Origin: a virus
Taxonomy: Duplodnaviria > Caudoviricetes
DNA length: 29,740 nucleotides
IMG/VR virus record: IMGVR_UViG_3300008116_000433
Location: 1 to 29,740 of that record
Direction: 5' to 3' (one strand)
Numbering within the stretch: the stretch's first letter is position 1; every line of letters starts with the position of its first letter. The notes under the pieces were generated by a model that had not been told where the DNA came from, did not search any database, and saw only the letters and a list, made by a program, of their open reading frames with translations. This document shows positions 1 to 8,313 of this stretch, piece after piece. The translations under genes were made by a program, and so were the position numbers.

Positions 1-219
1 TCTTTCAGCCTCCACTGCCTTCCTCGTATGCACACAAGCAGGACGATCACATTCAGGATGACAGCTGTGCAGGCCATCCCATTTCAAACGCTCGCGCTCG
101 GCTGCTGCGACTAGCTTGGCAAATGCTTCCAGATGCGTCACCGCAGATTCGTGCCACGGTTTGCCGCTGTCATCGCCCCACACTTCCCGCGCCATGCGGA
201 TGATGTCTTCTTTTGTCAT
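1..219 (-). CDS. Phage hypothetical protein (partial, runs off left end)
   Basis: Not in ORF track. ATG at 219 with GGAG upstream; MTKEDIIRMAREV...LEAFAKLVAAAERE, a common small phage protein pattern; open to position 1. Confidence 0.7.
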   Translation of the reverse strand, partial: MTKEDIIRMAREVWGDDSGKPWHESAVTHLEAFAKLVAAAERERLKWDGLHSCHPECDRPACVHTRKAVEAER

Positions 220-227
220 GTGCGCTC

Positions 228-503
228 CTAGTTGAACTGTTCTCGTGGCGGTGCATCTGCCATGTTCATTTCCGTGAAGCAGTCCAACGCCATCTGCAAC
301 TTGCTGGCCGACTCCATCTCCGACAGGTTGATTGTCCGAATCTTTACAACCGGAAACCCTTCTTTCGCAATGATGACTACCGCCTGCACATCAGACTCTT
401 TTTCGTAGCACTCAGACAGCGCTTCAATGACTTCTTTGAAGTGTTCTTGTGCTTCTTCAGACATCGAGGCTACACGATCGAAAAATGCTTTGTCATTGCC
501 CAT
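228..503 (-). CDS. Hypothetical protein
   Basis: 91-aa ORF tightly packed in the minus-strand operon; GGAGG upstream. Confidence 0.7.
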   Translation of the reverse strand: MGNDKAFFDRVASMSEEAQEHFKEVIEALSECYEKESDVQAVVIIAKEGFPVVKIRTINLSEMESASKLQMALDCFTEMNMADAPPREQFN

Positions 504-766
504 CTGAGTTCCTCCAAGTTGTCTTCACGAGCGACGAAAGTGAATCCTCCGGCGGCGTTGATCTTGTCCAATTCCCTTTCCTGTAGTGCTGTAAGTTGTC
601 CCTTTCCCGCTTTGCATTCAACAGCTCCGAATAGACCTGCATGGCACAGAATAATGTCAGGTATACCAGCCCTACCGTAACCATTAGCAGGAGGAAAAAA
701 GTAATAAATTTCCATTGCATCAAGCAGTCTCCTTACTTTTTGTTTGACTTTGGCCTCGGGTGTCAT
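470..766 (-). CDS. VRR-NUC domain nuclease
   Basis: MTPEAKVK...GIPDII...AVECKAGKGQLTALQ is the PD-(D/E)xK VRR-NUC pattern; AAGGAG upstream of ATG 766. Confidence 0.88.
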   Translation of the reverse strand: MTPEAKVKQKVRRLLDAMEIYYFFPPANGYGRAGIPDIILCHAGLFGAVECKAGKGQLTALQERELDKINAAGGFTFVAREDNLEELRWAMTKHFSIV

Positions 767-905
767 TGAATTCGCTCCTTGCGTATGGGCTGATACTTCG
801 TCTCTCAAGGCAAGACACGCAAATCCAGCGGTTAACCGTTCCTCTCCTTTGTACCTGCCCGCCCTCTAACGGGCGAGTCATCTGACAACCGGTACAAAAT
901 TTCAT
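720..905 (-). CDS. Small zinc-ribbon protein
   Basis: MKFCTGC...WICVSC (two CxxC); GGAGAAGCG-ATG at 905, coupled to the upstream stop. Confidence 0.65.
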   Translation of the reverse strand: MKFCTGCQMTRPLEGGQVQRRGTVNRWICVSCLERRSISPYARSEFNDTRGQSQTKSKETA

Positions 906-1015
906 CGCTTCTCCATTAGTGTTTTGTATGTGATCCAACCAGACACCGCAACCGTTATGCCAGCGCCGATCAGCACGCCAGCCAACACCAAGAACAGCAT
1001 TGCAAGATCAATCAT
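902..1015 (-). CDS. Small single-TM membrane protein (37 aa)
   Basis: Not in ORF track: MIDLAMLFLVLAGVLIGAGITVAVSGWITYKTLMEKR; fills the gap exactly, with overlapping start/stop. Confidence 0.6.
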   Translation of the reverse strand: MIDLAMLFLVLAGVLIGAGITVAVSGWITYKTLMEKR

Positions 1016-1217
1016 TCTTCTTCCCCTTGAAGATGTCTATGAGCTCGGCATATGCTGCCTTGCTTTGCTCGTGGGTTTTGGCAAGCACAACGTCACGCGC
1101 CGCTTCGTACACCTCAGCCATCTGCCGTAACAGCTTGGCGGCTTCGATGTCATCCTCGTTTCGTGGCATGTGCAGAAGCTGGTCAGCCAGCTGATGCGCT
1201 CTATACTTGACGCTCAT
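1008..1217 (-). CDS. Hypothetical protein
   Basis: 69-aa helical ORF coupled to its neighbours. Confidence 0.65.
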   Translation of the reverse strand: MSVKYRAHQLADQLLHMPRNEDDIEAAKLLRQMAEVYEAARDVVLAKTHEQSKAAYAELIDIFKGKKND

Positions 1218-1443
1218 TGTCGATCCCCCTCGCTTTCATCATCGCGTCTGCCATCTCATACGCCCACTTTGCGCATAACACTATGTCAAGGTAATCCCCT
1301 GTCGGGCACGAAGCGATGTTGCCTTGCATCGCCTTTGCCGCAAAGTAATCGCGCAAGTCCATGCCTTCGTGGTCACAACCTACCCAATTTCCTTCGTGGT
1401 TCCATCCAGTTCCTGTGGGAAATGCTTTTGTTTGATTTACCAT
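1201..1443 (-). CDS. Conserved phage hypothetical protein (GMxLRDYFAAKAMQ family)
   Basis: AFP...GMDLRDYFAAKAMQG...AYEMADAMMKAR motif, widespread in phages. Confidence 0.8.
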   Translation of the reverse strand: MVNQTKAFPTGTGWNHEGNWVGCDHEGMDLRDYFAAKAMQGNIASCPTGDYLDIVLCAKWAYEMADAMMKARGIDNERQV

Positions 1444-1607
1444 CTGGCTTCTCCATGTGTTTCCGGCGCAGGTGCCGCCGGTTTTTCTTGTTTGACTTCG
1501 GGCTTGATCACCATCTTCCAGCCCTTCTGTAGGAATTTGACGGCGTTGTCTCGGTACTCGAACTTCCGAAAGAGTTTGCCGTCTTCGTCATAGACCCAGT
1601 ACCTCAT
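1437..1607 (-). CDS. Hypothetical protein (56 aa)
   Basis: Not in ORF track: MRYWVYDEDGKLFRKFEY...; ATGA overlap with the upstream gene; fills the gap. Confidence 0.65.
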   Translation of the reverse strand: MRYWVYDEDGKLFRKFEYRDNAVKFLQKGWKMVIKPEVKQEKPAAPAPETHGEARW

Positions 1608-1903
1608 TGGAGTTCTTTCAGTTCTTTTGTGCGCTGTAAGCTCACAGCGGACTGATCTTCCAACACGGCACGAACACCTTCAATGTAGTGTGCTATAGCG
1701 GCTTCTGCATCTTCGAACCTTTGGTTCTCCACGTCTCTTGCCACTACCGCAGCCATAACAAATACCACCGCGCCTGATTGTGTAGCAGGGTGTTCTCCGT
1801 TAATTACCGCAGCCAGTTTGGACGATAGATCAAGTGCCCGTTTAAAAATGTTATCGACTTCTGTTTTTTGTTCTTCAGTCAAGTCCATAAAATCGTTCAT
1901 CAA
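1604..1903 (-). CDS. Hypothetical protein
   Basis: 99-aa ORF, GGAG SD, ATGA coupling at both ends. Confidence 0.65.
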   Translation of the reverse strand: MMNDFMDLTEEQKTEVDNIFKRALDLSSKLAAVINGEHPATQSGAVVFVMAAVVARDVENQRFEDAEAAIAHYIEGVRAVLEDQSAVSLQRTKELKELQ

Positions 1904-2496
1904 ACTTCTCCAATCATCAGTTTAATTTTCTTGTACAGCGCCATGACTTGCGGGAAGGAAAGGCTGGCAAGCATGGCATCGGGGTCAAACGTGGTTGCTG
2001 CGGGCGCGACAGGGGAAGAAGATGTTGATAGTGAAGTGACTTTGAGAGAAGCCAGCCCTGCCTCGACCGCCTTCTTCGCTTCACGCGCAATCTTCTTCGA
2101 CTCTTGTTTACGTTGTTGCACTTTCTTCTTGTACGCTTTACCAATAGGCGCGTAAGGTTTATGCGACACGTACTTCCTGTCGGACGTACGCTCGATCAGT
2201 TCTGCATTAAGCATCTGCGTGAGCAGGGAAGACACCGACGAAACGCTGAACCCTTCCTCCTGCACGTGTTTCACGATGTCCGAAAATGCACACCGTGGAT
2301 TACTGAATATGAACGTATGTATGGTACGCGTCAAGTTCTTTTTCGGCTCAGATTCAGGGGTAGCAATAACGCCGTTCTCGACCGCACCACGCTCAGTTTC
2401 CCACTGGTTGATGGCGCTTTTTAGCTCCTCGTTTTTCATTTGCTCCTCCTTAGATTTACTTAATGCTTCTTCTATTGCTGTGCGCATGTCAGGCAT
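1900..2496 (-). CDS. Winged-helix DNA-binding protein (putative)
   Basis: IHTFIFSNP...SVSSLLTQMLNAELIERTSDRKY resembles a wHTH. Start at 2496 (GAGG); second in-frame start at 2439 with a strong RBS. Confidence 0.65.
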   Translation of the reverse strand: MPDMRTAIEEALSKSKEEQMKNEELKSAINQWETERGAVENGVIATPESEPKKNLTRTIHTFIFSNPRCAFSDIVKHVQEEGFSVSSVSSLLTQMLNAELIERTSDRKYVSHKPYAPIGKAYKKKVQQRKQESKKIAREAKKAVEAGLASLKVTSLSTSSSPVAPAATTFDPDAMLASLSFPQVMALYKKIKLMIGEV

Positions 2497-2498
2497 GA

Positions 2499-2756
2499 TC
2501 AACCTCTCGACAAAATAAAAACGTACAGACTAAAACCCAAAGCAAACAGCACGATTGTCGGCAGCACACGCATGATGCGCGGCAGCAGCGGCTCTCTGAA
2601 TGGGGCATCAGACGGGCGTAGCAGCGCGTGCTGCAACAACAGCTCGTCATCCTCTGGCATAGGTCGAGGCGGCTCATAGTACAAACCGATCTTCACCTTA
2701 CCAGTATCGTAGGGCGTGACTTTCCTGCCCAATGATTCCGTTTCTGGTTTTTCCAT
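2499..2756 (-). CDS. Hypothetical protein with C-terminal TM helix
   Basis: PYDTGKVKIGLYYEPP motif plus hydrophobic C-terminus; GGAGG SD; promoter directly upstream. Confidence 0.7.
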   Translation of the reverse strand: MEKPETESLGRKVTPYDTGKVKIGLYYEPPRPMPEDDELLLQHALLRPSDAPFREPLLPRIMRVLPTIVLFALGFSLYVFILSRG

Positions 2757-2775
2757 TTAGGCACCTCCAATTTGA

Positions 2776-2816
2776 ACACTAATTGACTACTAAATCTTTG
2801 TCAAGCGATTGACAAA
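2776..2816 (-). promoter_or_regulatory. sigma70-like promoter with palindrome over the -35
   Basis: Minus strand TTGACA (2804-2799), N17, TAGTGT (2781-2776); palindrome TTTGTCAA-GCGA-TTGACAAA at 2797-2816. Confidence 0.6.
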
Positions 2817-2822
2817 AAGTAA

Positions 2823-2918
2823 TCACATCAGGTCGTAATACAGCAACACATACATCGCTGCCAGCAGGGCAGCGCAGACCACACCGATCCATTCGTACAC
2901 GTCCCAGTCCTCCTTCAT
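2823..2918 (-). CDS. Small single-TM peptide (31 aa)
   Basis: Not in ORF track: MKEDWDVYEWIGVVCAALLAAMYVLLYYDLM; GGAG SD; ATGA coupling. Confidence 0.5.
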   Translation of the reverse strand: MKEDWDVYEWIGVVCAALLAAMYVLLYYDLM

Positions 2919-3127
2919 TTGTCATCTCCCAACGTGGGGGTAATGCGTGGGGGCGTAGCCTTATCGCCTTCCGTAAGGCTGTACCCAACCCATATCGCCC
3001 ACACACCAAGCGTCAGCACCAGCGTGGCGAACCGCGCATCAGGAGACCAGTTGAAAAAGTTGGGCTCAAGTCTGATGAACGTGGTGCACGCGTAAGCAAA
3101 CGCAAAAGCTTTAATCGCTTTTATCAT
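2915..3127 (-). CDS. Small two-TM membrane protein
   Basis: Two hydrophobic segments around FIRLEPNFFNWSPDARF; GAGGA SD before ATG 3127. Confidence 0.6.
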   Translation of the reverse strand: MIKAIKAFAFAYACTTFIRLEPNFFNWSPDARFATLVLTLGVWAIWVGYSLTEGDKATPPRITPTLGDDK

Positions 3128-3329
3128 TTTCATCCTCTTCTTCAATGCGGCGTTTCTCTTCTCGCCTGCGCATCTCTGATGCGTGCCATAACACCAGAGT
3201 GAAGTACATGCCTGCGAGAACCAAAAGGAACTGATTGCTTATTGCACAGTTCCTATCCCAACCAAGCACCGCCAATGCAGCAGACACGACGGTGTTGGCT
3301 ACGAGTATGTAAGGGTTGTTTTGTTTCAT
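3111..3329 (-). CDS. Small two-TM membrane protein
   Basis: Two hydrophobic stretches and a charged tail; ATGA coupling. Confidence 0.55.
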   Translation of the reverse strand: MKQNNPYILVANTVVSAALAVLGWDRNCAISNQFLLVLAGMYFTLVLWHASEMRRREEKRRIEEEDENDKSD

Positions 3330-3535
3330 TGCTCTGTCGGGGGTTTTGAATCATAAATAATATCGATGTCCCGGCACAGCCTGTCCTTGAGTGCCTCTCG
3401 ATCGATCCCAATGGTACGACATGCTCCGATCAGTGCATAGGACATAGCTACAACACTCTCCTTGATTGGCGCATCCAACGATTGCAAGTGGGCAACAATC
3501 GATTCGGCCAACGCACGCACATCATCCTTGTTCAT
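3326..3535 (-). CDS. Hypothetical protein
   Basis: 69 aa; AAGGAGATGCAAAATG leader. Confidence 0.7.
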   Translation of the reverse strand: MNKDDVRALAESIVAHLQSLDAPIKESVVAMSYALIGACRTIGIDREALKDRLCRDIDIIYDSKPPTEQ

Positions 3536-3810
3536 TTTGCATCTCCTTTCATTCTTTTCATAAGGCCAAGTGATTCCCTTGCTGCAACAGCTTGGTCATG
3601 GGACGTGCGGATTATCCCCGACAGGACGCCTAATGTAGCATCAAGCGGCACTGCCGTCGGTGCGCCCGCCAGCATGAACCCCAAGAACCGCGCAAGCGAC
3701 AACATTACCACGCGCTCGTCGTGTCCCTCTGTGAAGCCGATCCTGAACAGCTCCTCCAGTATGGGATCACACTGAGCGTCGATTGCTCTTTTATCAAACT
3801 CATCCATCAT
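3532..3810 (-). CDS. Hypothetical protein
   Basis: 92 aa; AAGGAG SD; coupled to its neighbours. Confidence 0.65.
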   Translation of the reverse strand: MMDEFDKRAIDAQCDPILEELFRIGFTEGHDERVVMLSLARFLGFMLAGAPTAVPLDATLGVLSGIIRTSHDQAVAARESLGLMKRMKGDAK

Positions 3811-4253
3811 TTTCTCCTTCCGTATCGGTTTGAATGTTTACCTTTGGTTACACCCCACTGGTAGCTACGCTTCTCTGCACGAATGTTCCCAAGCACAAGT
3901 TTATTCATGCGCTGCAAAGCAAGCCTGTCCCTGTTTTCTTTTGTTGTTTCTTCGATCTTAGGTTTGACCTCCTTTCTTCTTACACACTCAATGTTCTTCA
4001 TCCAATCAAGCGTCTTGATGTCGTCAGCTCTGGTCGTATCCCACAGCCTGTTAGCCAACGGTTTCATGTAGTCGCCCACCATTTCCTGCACACGCTTACC
4101 CATATACAAATACTCAGGTATGCGCTTCAGTACGTTCTTGTCTCTGATCATGTTGATGTCGTATACCTTCAGCCAGTAATTAAGCTGCCCCACCAATACG
4201 TCAGAACGAAAAGCTTTGATAAGCATGGCGTCGTAAATGCGTTGCTTGTCCAC
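3807..4253 (-). CDS. Hypothetical protein
   Basis: Likely GTG start at 4253 after AAGGAGAAGCACT; the track's extension to 4307 crosses a palindrome and is probably non-coding. Confidence 0.7.
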   Translation of the reverse strand: MDKQRIYDAMLIKAFRSDVLVGQLNYWLKVYDINMIRDKNVLKRIPEYLYMGKRVQEMVGDYMKPLANRLWDTTRADDIKTLDWMKNIECVRRKEVKPKIEETTKENRDRLALQRMNKLVLGNIRAEKRSYQWGVTKGKHSNRYGRRK

Positions 4254-4273
4254 AGTGCTTCTCCTTAAATGGT

Positions 4274-4293
4274 TGGGGGTATCGCTACCCCCA
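4274..4293. repeat. GGGGTA-N4-TACCCC palindrome, copy 1
   Basis: TGGGGGTA TCGC TACCCCCA; intergenic. Confidence 0.85.
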
Positions 4294-4299
4294 TCGGGT

Positions 4300-5502
4300 T
4301 TATGCAACGTGCATCAGGTCGAACAGGTCGAGCAAGCAGAACTCTGCATCAGTCTCGTCCATGTCGTCGATGCACTGCAAGAAGTCATCGATGTCACGCT
4401 CCTTGATCAGCTTGGCGTTCATGTGCTTCAGCGCCAGCTCAGGATCGTCAGGGTACGCCAGCTCGGCTATACGTTTCAACAGCGGCTTGTCATAGCCATA
4501 CTTGAAGTCGATCAGGTCGTCGTACATCTCCTCGCGCCAGCGCTCGTAGTTACCTTTGGCAAACGTGCGCGCTGGCTGGGTCTCGTACATGGTGTAGCCG
4601 CGGCGGTCGTAGGCGTAATCTTCTTCCCACCACGCAGAGTCATACGCGCTGTACGAACTCTTGCTTGCGCCTTTGCTGCTGCCACGCCAGTTGTACATAC
4701 CCCAGCGATCGGTCGGGTCAGGCTGTGTCGGGTCACGGCTGACCGGCAGGTTGTCCCAGTCCACAAGCAGCACCGCAGTGGACAGTTGCTGGAAGTGCAC
4801 AAGGTTGAGCGACTCTTGCTGGCTGTGCTCGTGGTCGTAACCGACGCTGATGTTGGTGCACTCGGGGATGATGTTAACGAACTCGGCAGTGTCAGTGTAT
4901 ATGCCAGTGTCGTCGTTCAACATCATCAGGTGCTCGCAACCTTCCATCAGTGCGTCAGCAAGCGCAGTGCCGAACTCGTTGGAGCAGCAGCGACCGTATG
5001 CCTGATGCGTGATCACTGAGTCGATACCCCTACGGTCGAAGGCAATAGCGCGGTCGAACTGGCGCAGCAAGTCAGGCATACGCTCAGCCAGATACGTCGC
5101 ACCGATGCCGCCCTTCTCCTCGCCTTGAGTGAAGATGTAATACCCCGGCACACCGGCGTGGATCATGTGCATGAGCATCGCTACACCAGCGCCGTCATCT
5201 GCACCGAGCACGTCGCCCTTGGCATGCCATGTGGTTTTGGTTTTGCGTATCTTGTTCTTGCCCTCGGTGCGGTGCACAGTGTCAACGTGTGCAACGAACA
5301 GAGTCTTGTGCTTGTCGTCGGTACGCAGATCGACGTGCAGGTTGTTAACGTCATCGCAGAACGCAGTGGCCTTGAGATGATCAGGTAGTGTGTCGATCAG
5401 CCACAGCGTGAAGTCAACGACGGCCATCGTGTTGTGTGGGCGCTTGCGTGAGAGTGCGTTGTGCAAGACGTGCATAAGCATTGAGTGTTCGCGTGTAGCC
5501 AT
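4300..5502 (-). CDS. M20/M28-clan zinc metallopeptidase
   Basis: Metal and catalytic motifs FVAHVDTVH, LGADDGAG, FTQGEEKGGIG, AFDRRG, NISVGYDHEHS; extra Tyr/Asp-rich C-terminus. Confidence 0.85.
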   Translation of the reverse strand: MATREHSMLMHVLHNALSRKRPHNTMAVVDFTLWLIDTLPDHLKATAFCDDVNNLHVDLRTDDKHKTLFVAHVDTVHRTEGKNKIRKTKTTWHAKGDVLGADDGAGVAMLMHMIHAGVPGYYIFTQGEEKGGIGATYLAERMPDLLRQFDRAIAFDRRGIDSVITHQAYGRCCSNEFGTALADALMEGCEHLMMLNDDTGIYTDTAEFVNIIPECTNISVGYDHEHSQQESLNLVHFQQLSTAVLLVDWDNLPVSRDPTQPDPTDRWGMYNWRGSSKGASKSSYSAYDSAWWEEDYAYDRRGYTMYETQPARTFAKGNYERWREEMYDDLIDFKYGYDKPLLKRIAELAYPDDPELALKHMNAKLIKERDIDDFLQCIDDMDETDAEFCLLDLFDLMHVA

Positions 5503-5504
5503 GA

Positions 5505-7025
5505 TTAAGCTCCTTCGATTGTTAGGGTTGCGTCAGTAGTGATGTCTGCTTCGTACTGGTCGATGTGGTCAGGGTGTATGTTGACGCTGCGTCTGTCGTC
5601 GATCACGCACATGACCACGGGGTCAACGTCATAGCTGTACCACTGGTTGGTGTGGTCACACTCCCAGCACCCCTCGTTGGCGATAGCATACTCGTCGTTG
5701 TCTACGCACAGCACAACGTCATCGTCGTCAGTGCTGTACCAGTAACCGTCGATGTTGATCGCATAGTCAAGCTCCTCGTACTCGCCATTCTCAAGCTCGA
5801 CAATGTTGTTGTCGGACAGGTACTCGTCATGGTAATAGCTGCCGCGTACCTCAACCATGTCCTCGCTGTGGACGTAGTACTCGTAGCCACGTCGACCGTA
5901 CGCATAATAGTAATGGTCGTCGATGCAAGACTCACACACCGATTCGCCGTTGCCGTCGTACGTTGACACGAGCGAGTCCTCGTCAACCCGGCTGTCACAG
6001 TCAGGACATGTGCAATAGTTGTGGCCTTGCTCGCTTGCCCGACCGTCGGTGTTGTCGCATAGCCACTCGCCATCACGCACGATCTTGAGCGCACCGTCAA
6101 CGATGTCGACATACCGATTGTTACCGTCGATGAATGGTGCAAGCACACCCTCGTCGCCCCAGCGTGTCTTGACGGGGTAATACCGCAGCTTGGTACCGTA
6201 CGGGTAGCCGTCAAGTTTGGCGTAGCCTTGCTGCTCAAGCCAGTGATGCAACGCCTCGTCAGCGTAGGAATAGTCGGGACCTCGTTTGTATGTACGAACG
6301 AAGAACCGCTTGTCGTTCTGCTCGCACACCAGAGCGCGACCGTCTACGCTGCTGCCGTTCAGCCGCACCGCCAGACCCCAGCCAAGCGCTGGGGAATACA
6401 CTTCGTATGGGTGTCGGTCGATGCCGTCAGTGCAGCGAATGTAATCGTCGCCATCATTCCAGACCATGCACGATGTCGGACCCCGATGCAGCAGGTCAAG
6501 CATCTCGCGCATGTCACGGCTGATCTTGAACTCATGCGGTGCAGCGTAGCGCGCAGTCAAGTCGCGTACCACATGGTCAGGCAGCAGCGGGAAGTGTCGA
6601 TGCAGATACTTGCCGACGGTCGTGATCAGTTGCTTGTCAGCCAGACCGTCACGATTGTCACGAGTGTAAGCAATGCGTGTCGGGTCTGTCTCTGCGATGT
6701 GCGGCAGCTCAAGCACAAGTCGATGCCAGTCAGCAGGCGGTGCGATAAGCACAGCAGCTTTGACCGCAGGATGAAACTCGAACTTGCGATACTGGTCGTA
6801 GTACCAACGACGCGACACCATGTCGTTGTAGTCACGCTTGGAAAGTATGGTGTGACCAGTCAACCAGTTTGTGCGTGGGTCTCTGATGCGTGTGTACTCT
6901 GTGCCGTGGATGTTGTAGATGTTATTGCCCCAGCTACCCACACGAGCCAAGACTTCAGAAAGCGACATCATCCACGACCAACGCTCTTGGCCGTCGTAAT
7001 CGAATGGGGTTGTGTATGTACCCAT
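5505..7025 (-). CDS. 506-aa protein with SCM-motif domain and Cys/Tyr/Asp-rich C-terminal repeats
   Basis: GPTSCMVW...GRALVC...FVRTY core; C-terminal CPDC...VCESC zinc ribbon and acidic aromatic repeats; AAGGAGAAGCAAAATG leader. Confidence 0.75.
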   Translation of the reverse strand: MGTYTTPFDYDGQERWSWMMSLSEVLARVGSWGNNIYNIHGTEYTRIRDPRTNWLTGHTILSKRDYNDMVSRRWYYDQYRKFEFHPAVKAAVLIAPPADWHRLVLELPHIAETDPTRIAYTRDNRDGLADKQLITTVGKYLHRHFPLLPDHVVRDLTARYAAPHEFKISRDMREMLDLLHRGPTSCMVWNDGDDYIRCTDGIDRHPYEVYSPALGWGLAVRLNGSSVDGRALVCEQNDKRFFVRTYKRGPDYSYADEALHHWLEQQGYAKLDGYPYGTKLRYYPVKTRWGDEGVLAPFIDGNNRYVDIVDGALKIVRDGEWLCDNTDGRASEQGHNYCTCPDCDSRVDEDSLVSTYDGNGESVCESCIDDHYYYAYGRRGYEYYVHSEDMVEVRGSYYHDEYLSDNNIVELENGEYEELDYAINIDGYWYSTDDDDVVLCVDNDEYAIANEGCWECDHTNQWYSYDVDPVVMCVIDDRRSVNIHPDHIDQYEADITTDATLTIEGA

Positions 7026-7065
7026 TTTGCTTCTCCTTATGTAGTTGTGTTAGCCGTACTTGCGG

Positions 7066-7087
7066 TTGGGGGTACGGCTACCCCGAA
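7066..7087. repeat. GGGGTA-N4-TACCCC palindrome, copy 2
   Basis: TTG GGGGTA CGGC TACCCC GAA; intergenic. Confidence 0.85.
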
Positions 7088-7101
7088 TCGTTACTCGTTA
7101 A

Positions 7102-7290
7102 TCACTCCTTGAAATAAGACACGCTGAGAACTTCACGATAGAAAATGCGAGCGTTCCTAGTGTGAATGTCCTCATCTGGAAAGGCGAGTCGTGCGTACTT
7201 CTCGGCGCACTCCTCTGTCTCGAACAGGTTATGCCAGCCTCCGTATGTTTCGTAGTCTGGATCGCCTTGCACATACCACACATGTTTCAT
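7102..7290 (-). CDS. Hypothetical protein
   Basis: 62 aa; GAGGAGG SD; ATGA coupling. Confidence 0.7.
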   Translation of the reverse strand: MKHVWYVQGDPDYETYGGWHNLFETEECAEKYARLAFPDEDIHTRNARIFYREVLSVSYFKE

Positions 7291-7550
7291 TTGTTTTCCT
7301 CCTCGATAAAGTTCTCAAACAAATCGCCGAACGCAGAGAACAGTTTGCGTCGGTTAACCATGTCAGCGTGATAAAACGCTTTGGCTATACACGCTGCGAA
7401 ACTACCGCCTTGTGTTTCCATGCGATGCGCTGCTGCATACACTGCGCCCTCGCTGTACTTCTCGCACAGTCCCTCGAATGTAGGTTGTGCGTTAAGGTGT
7501 GAAATGTGGAGCTTTAGTTGCTCGACAATACGATCTGCATCAGTAGGCAT
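7287..7550 (-). CDS. Hypothetical protein
   Basis: 87 aa with the METQGGSFAACIAKAFYHAD...NRRKL..AF pattern seen in small phage proteins; AAGGAGAAGCAACATG leader. Confidence 0.75.
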   Translation of the reverse strand: MPTDADRIVEQLKLHISHLNAQPTFEGLCEKYSEGAVYAAAHRMETQGGSFAACIAKAFYHADMVNRRKLFSAFGDLFENFIEEENK

Positions 7551-7722
7551 GTTGCTTCTCCTTGTGTTGGTTGATTTTGTTTGCTACATACATCACATAA
7601 AGCGTTGTGAATATTGGGTAATCCTCACGCAGCAGGTAGTAAGTCCCCAGCTTGCCGTAAAGATTCAAGTCATCTCTTACTCGTTGCACTAGCCAATAGC
7701 GGCCAACGTATCCTGTTTTCAT
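7540..7722 (-). CDS. Hypothetical protein
   Basis: 60 aa; GGAGAAAGCAAATG leader. Confidence 0.6.
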   Translation of the reverse strand: MKTGYVGRYWLVQRVRDDLNLYGKLGTYYLLREDYPIFTTLYVMYVANKINQHKEKQHAY

Positions 7723-8105
7723 TTGCTTTCTCCGTTGTTGGTTACTAGCTCGTTTATCTCAACCTCATCGCCCAGCTTGGACGCCACGAAACAACGCATT
7801 GCTGCGATCAATGGTGTGTTTGCGGTTTGGATTGCGCTTGTATCGCCGCGTTGAGAATTCCATTCACCATCGACCCCAACCCAAACAGCTATGCACTCGC
7901 GCTCAATGATCGGACCGCCTTGCGCCCAGTCATATGCGTAGTTGAACGTGACCTCGTTGTACTCACACGGCACGGTGCTACTAGGCACACGCAGCTTGGC
8001 CTGCCCATTCCATGTGTACAAGATGCCTCGGGCGTCCACTCCATCAGCCAGTGCTACGGCGTAATTGAGCTGATGCCCTTCCAGTTCAGCGGTTTTGACT
8101 TTCAT
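7719..8105 (-). CDS. NinX/DUF2591-like phage protein
   Basis: MKVKTAELEG..LNYAVA...DWAQGGPIIERECI...TPLIAAMRCFVASKLGDEVEI; start 8105 after AAGGAGAAGCAA. Confidence 0.8.
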   Translation of the reverse strand: MKVKTAELEGHQLNYAVALADGVDARGILYTWNGQAKLRVPSSTVPCEYNEVTFNYAYDWAQGGPIIERECIAVWVGVDGEWNSQRGDTSAIQTANTPLIAAMRCFVASKLGDEVEINELVTNNGESK

Positions 8106-8313
8106 TTGCTTCTCCTTCACTCAATGATAAATACACCCTGTCAAGCAGTTGCTCGAATATGTACAGCGCGTCTTCCCTGTGCATGCCGTCAGCATAAAAA
8201 CCCGTCGCTGCGGTTTGCAGTAGCACGACAATGCCTTCTTCGGGATTCAACCCCGACGACATCAGGCGTACCATGATGTCCTCAGATACTTGCGTTGCAA
8301 TACTTTTACTCAT
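8086..8313 (-). CDS. Hypothetical protein
   Basis: 75 aa; GGGAG SD. Confidence 0.65.
   Translation of the reverse strand: MSKSIATQVSEDIMVRLMSSGLNPEEGIVVLLQTAATGFYADGMHREDALYIFEQLLDRVYLSLSEGEANESQNR

Noticed and set aside
2351-2372. GATTCAGGGGTAGCAATAACGC as an eighth palindrome copy
   Set aside because: The right arm is degenerate and it lies inside a CDS; half-sites near 2935, 10907 and 11320 were also not counted.
4237-7112. Plus-strand ORFs 4237-5019 and 6228-7112
   Set aside because: Antisense shadows of the peptidase and the 506-aa gene.
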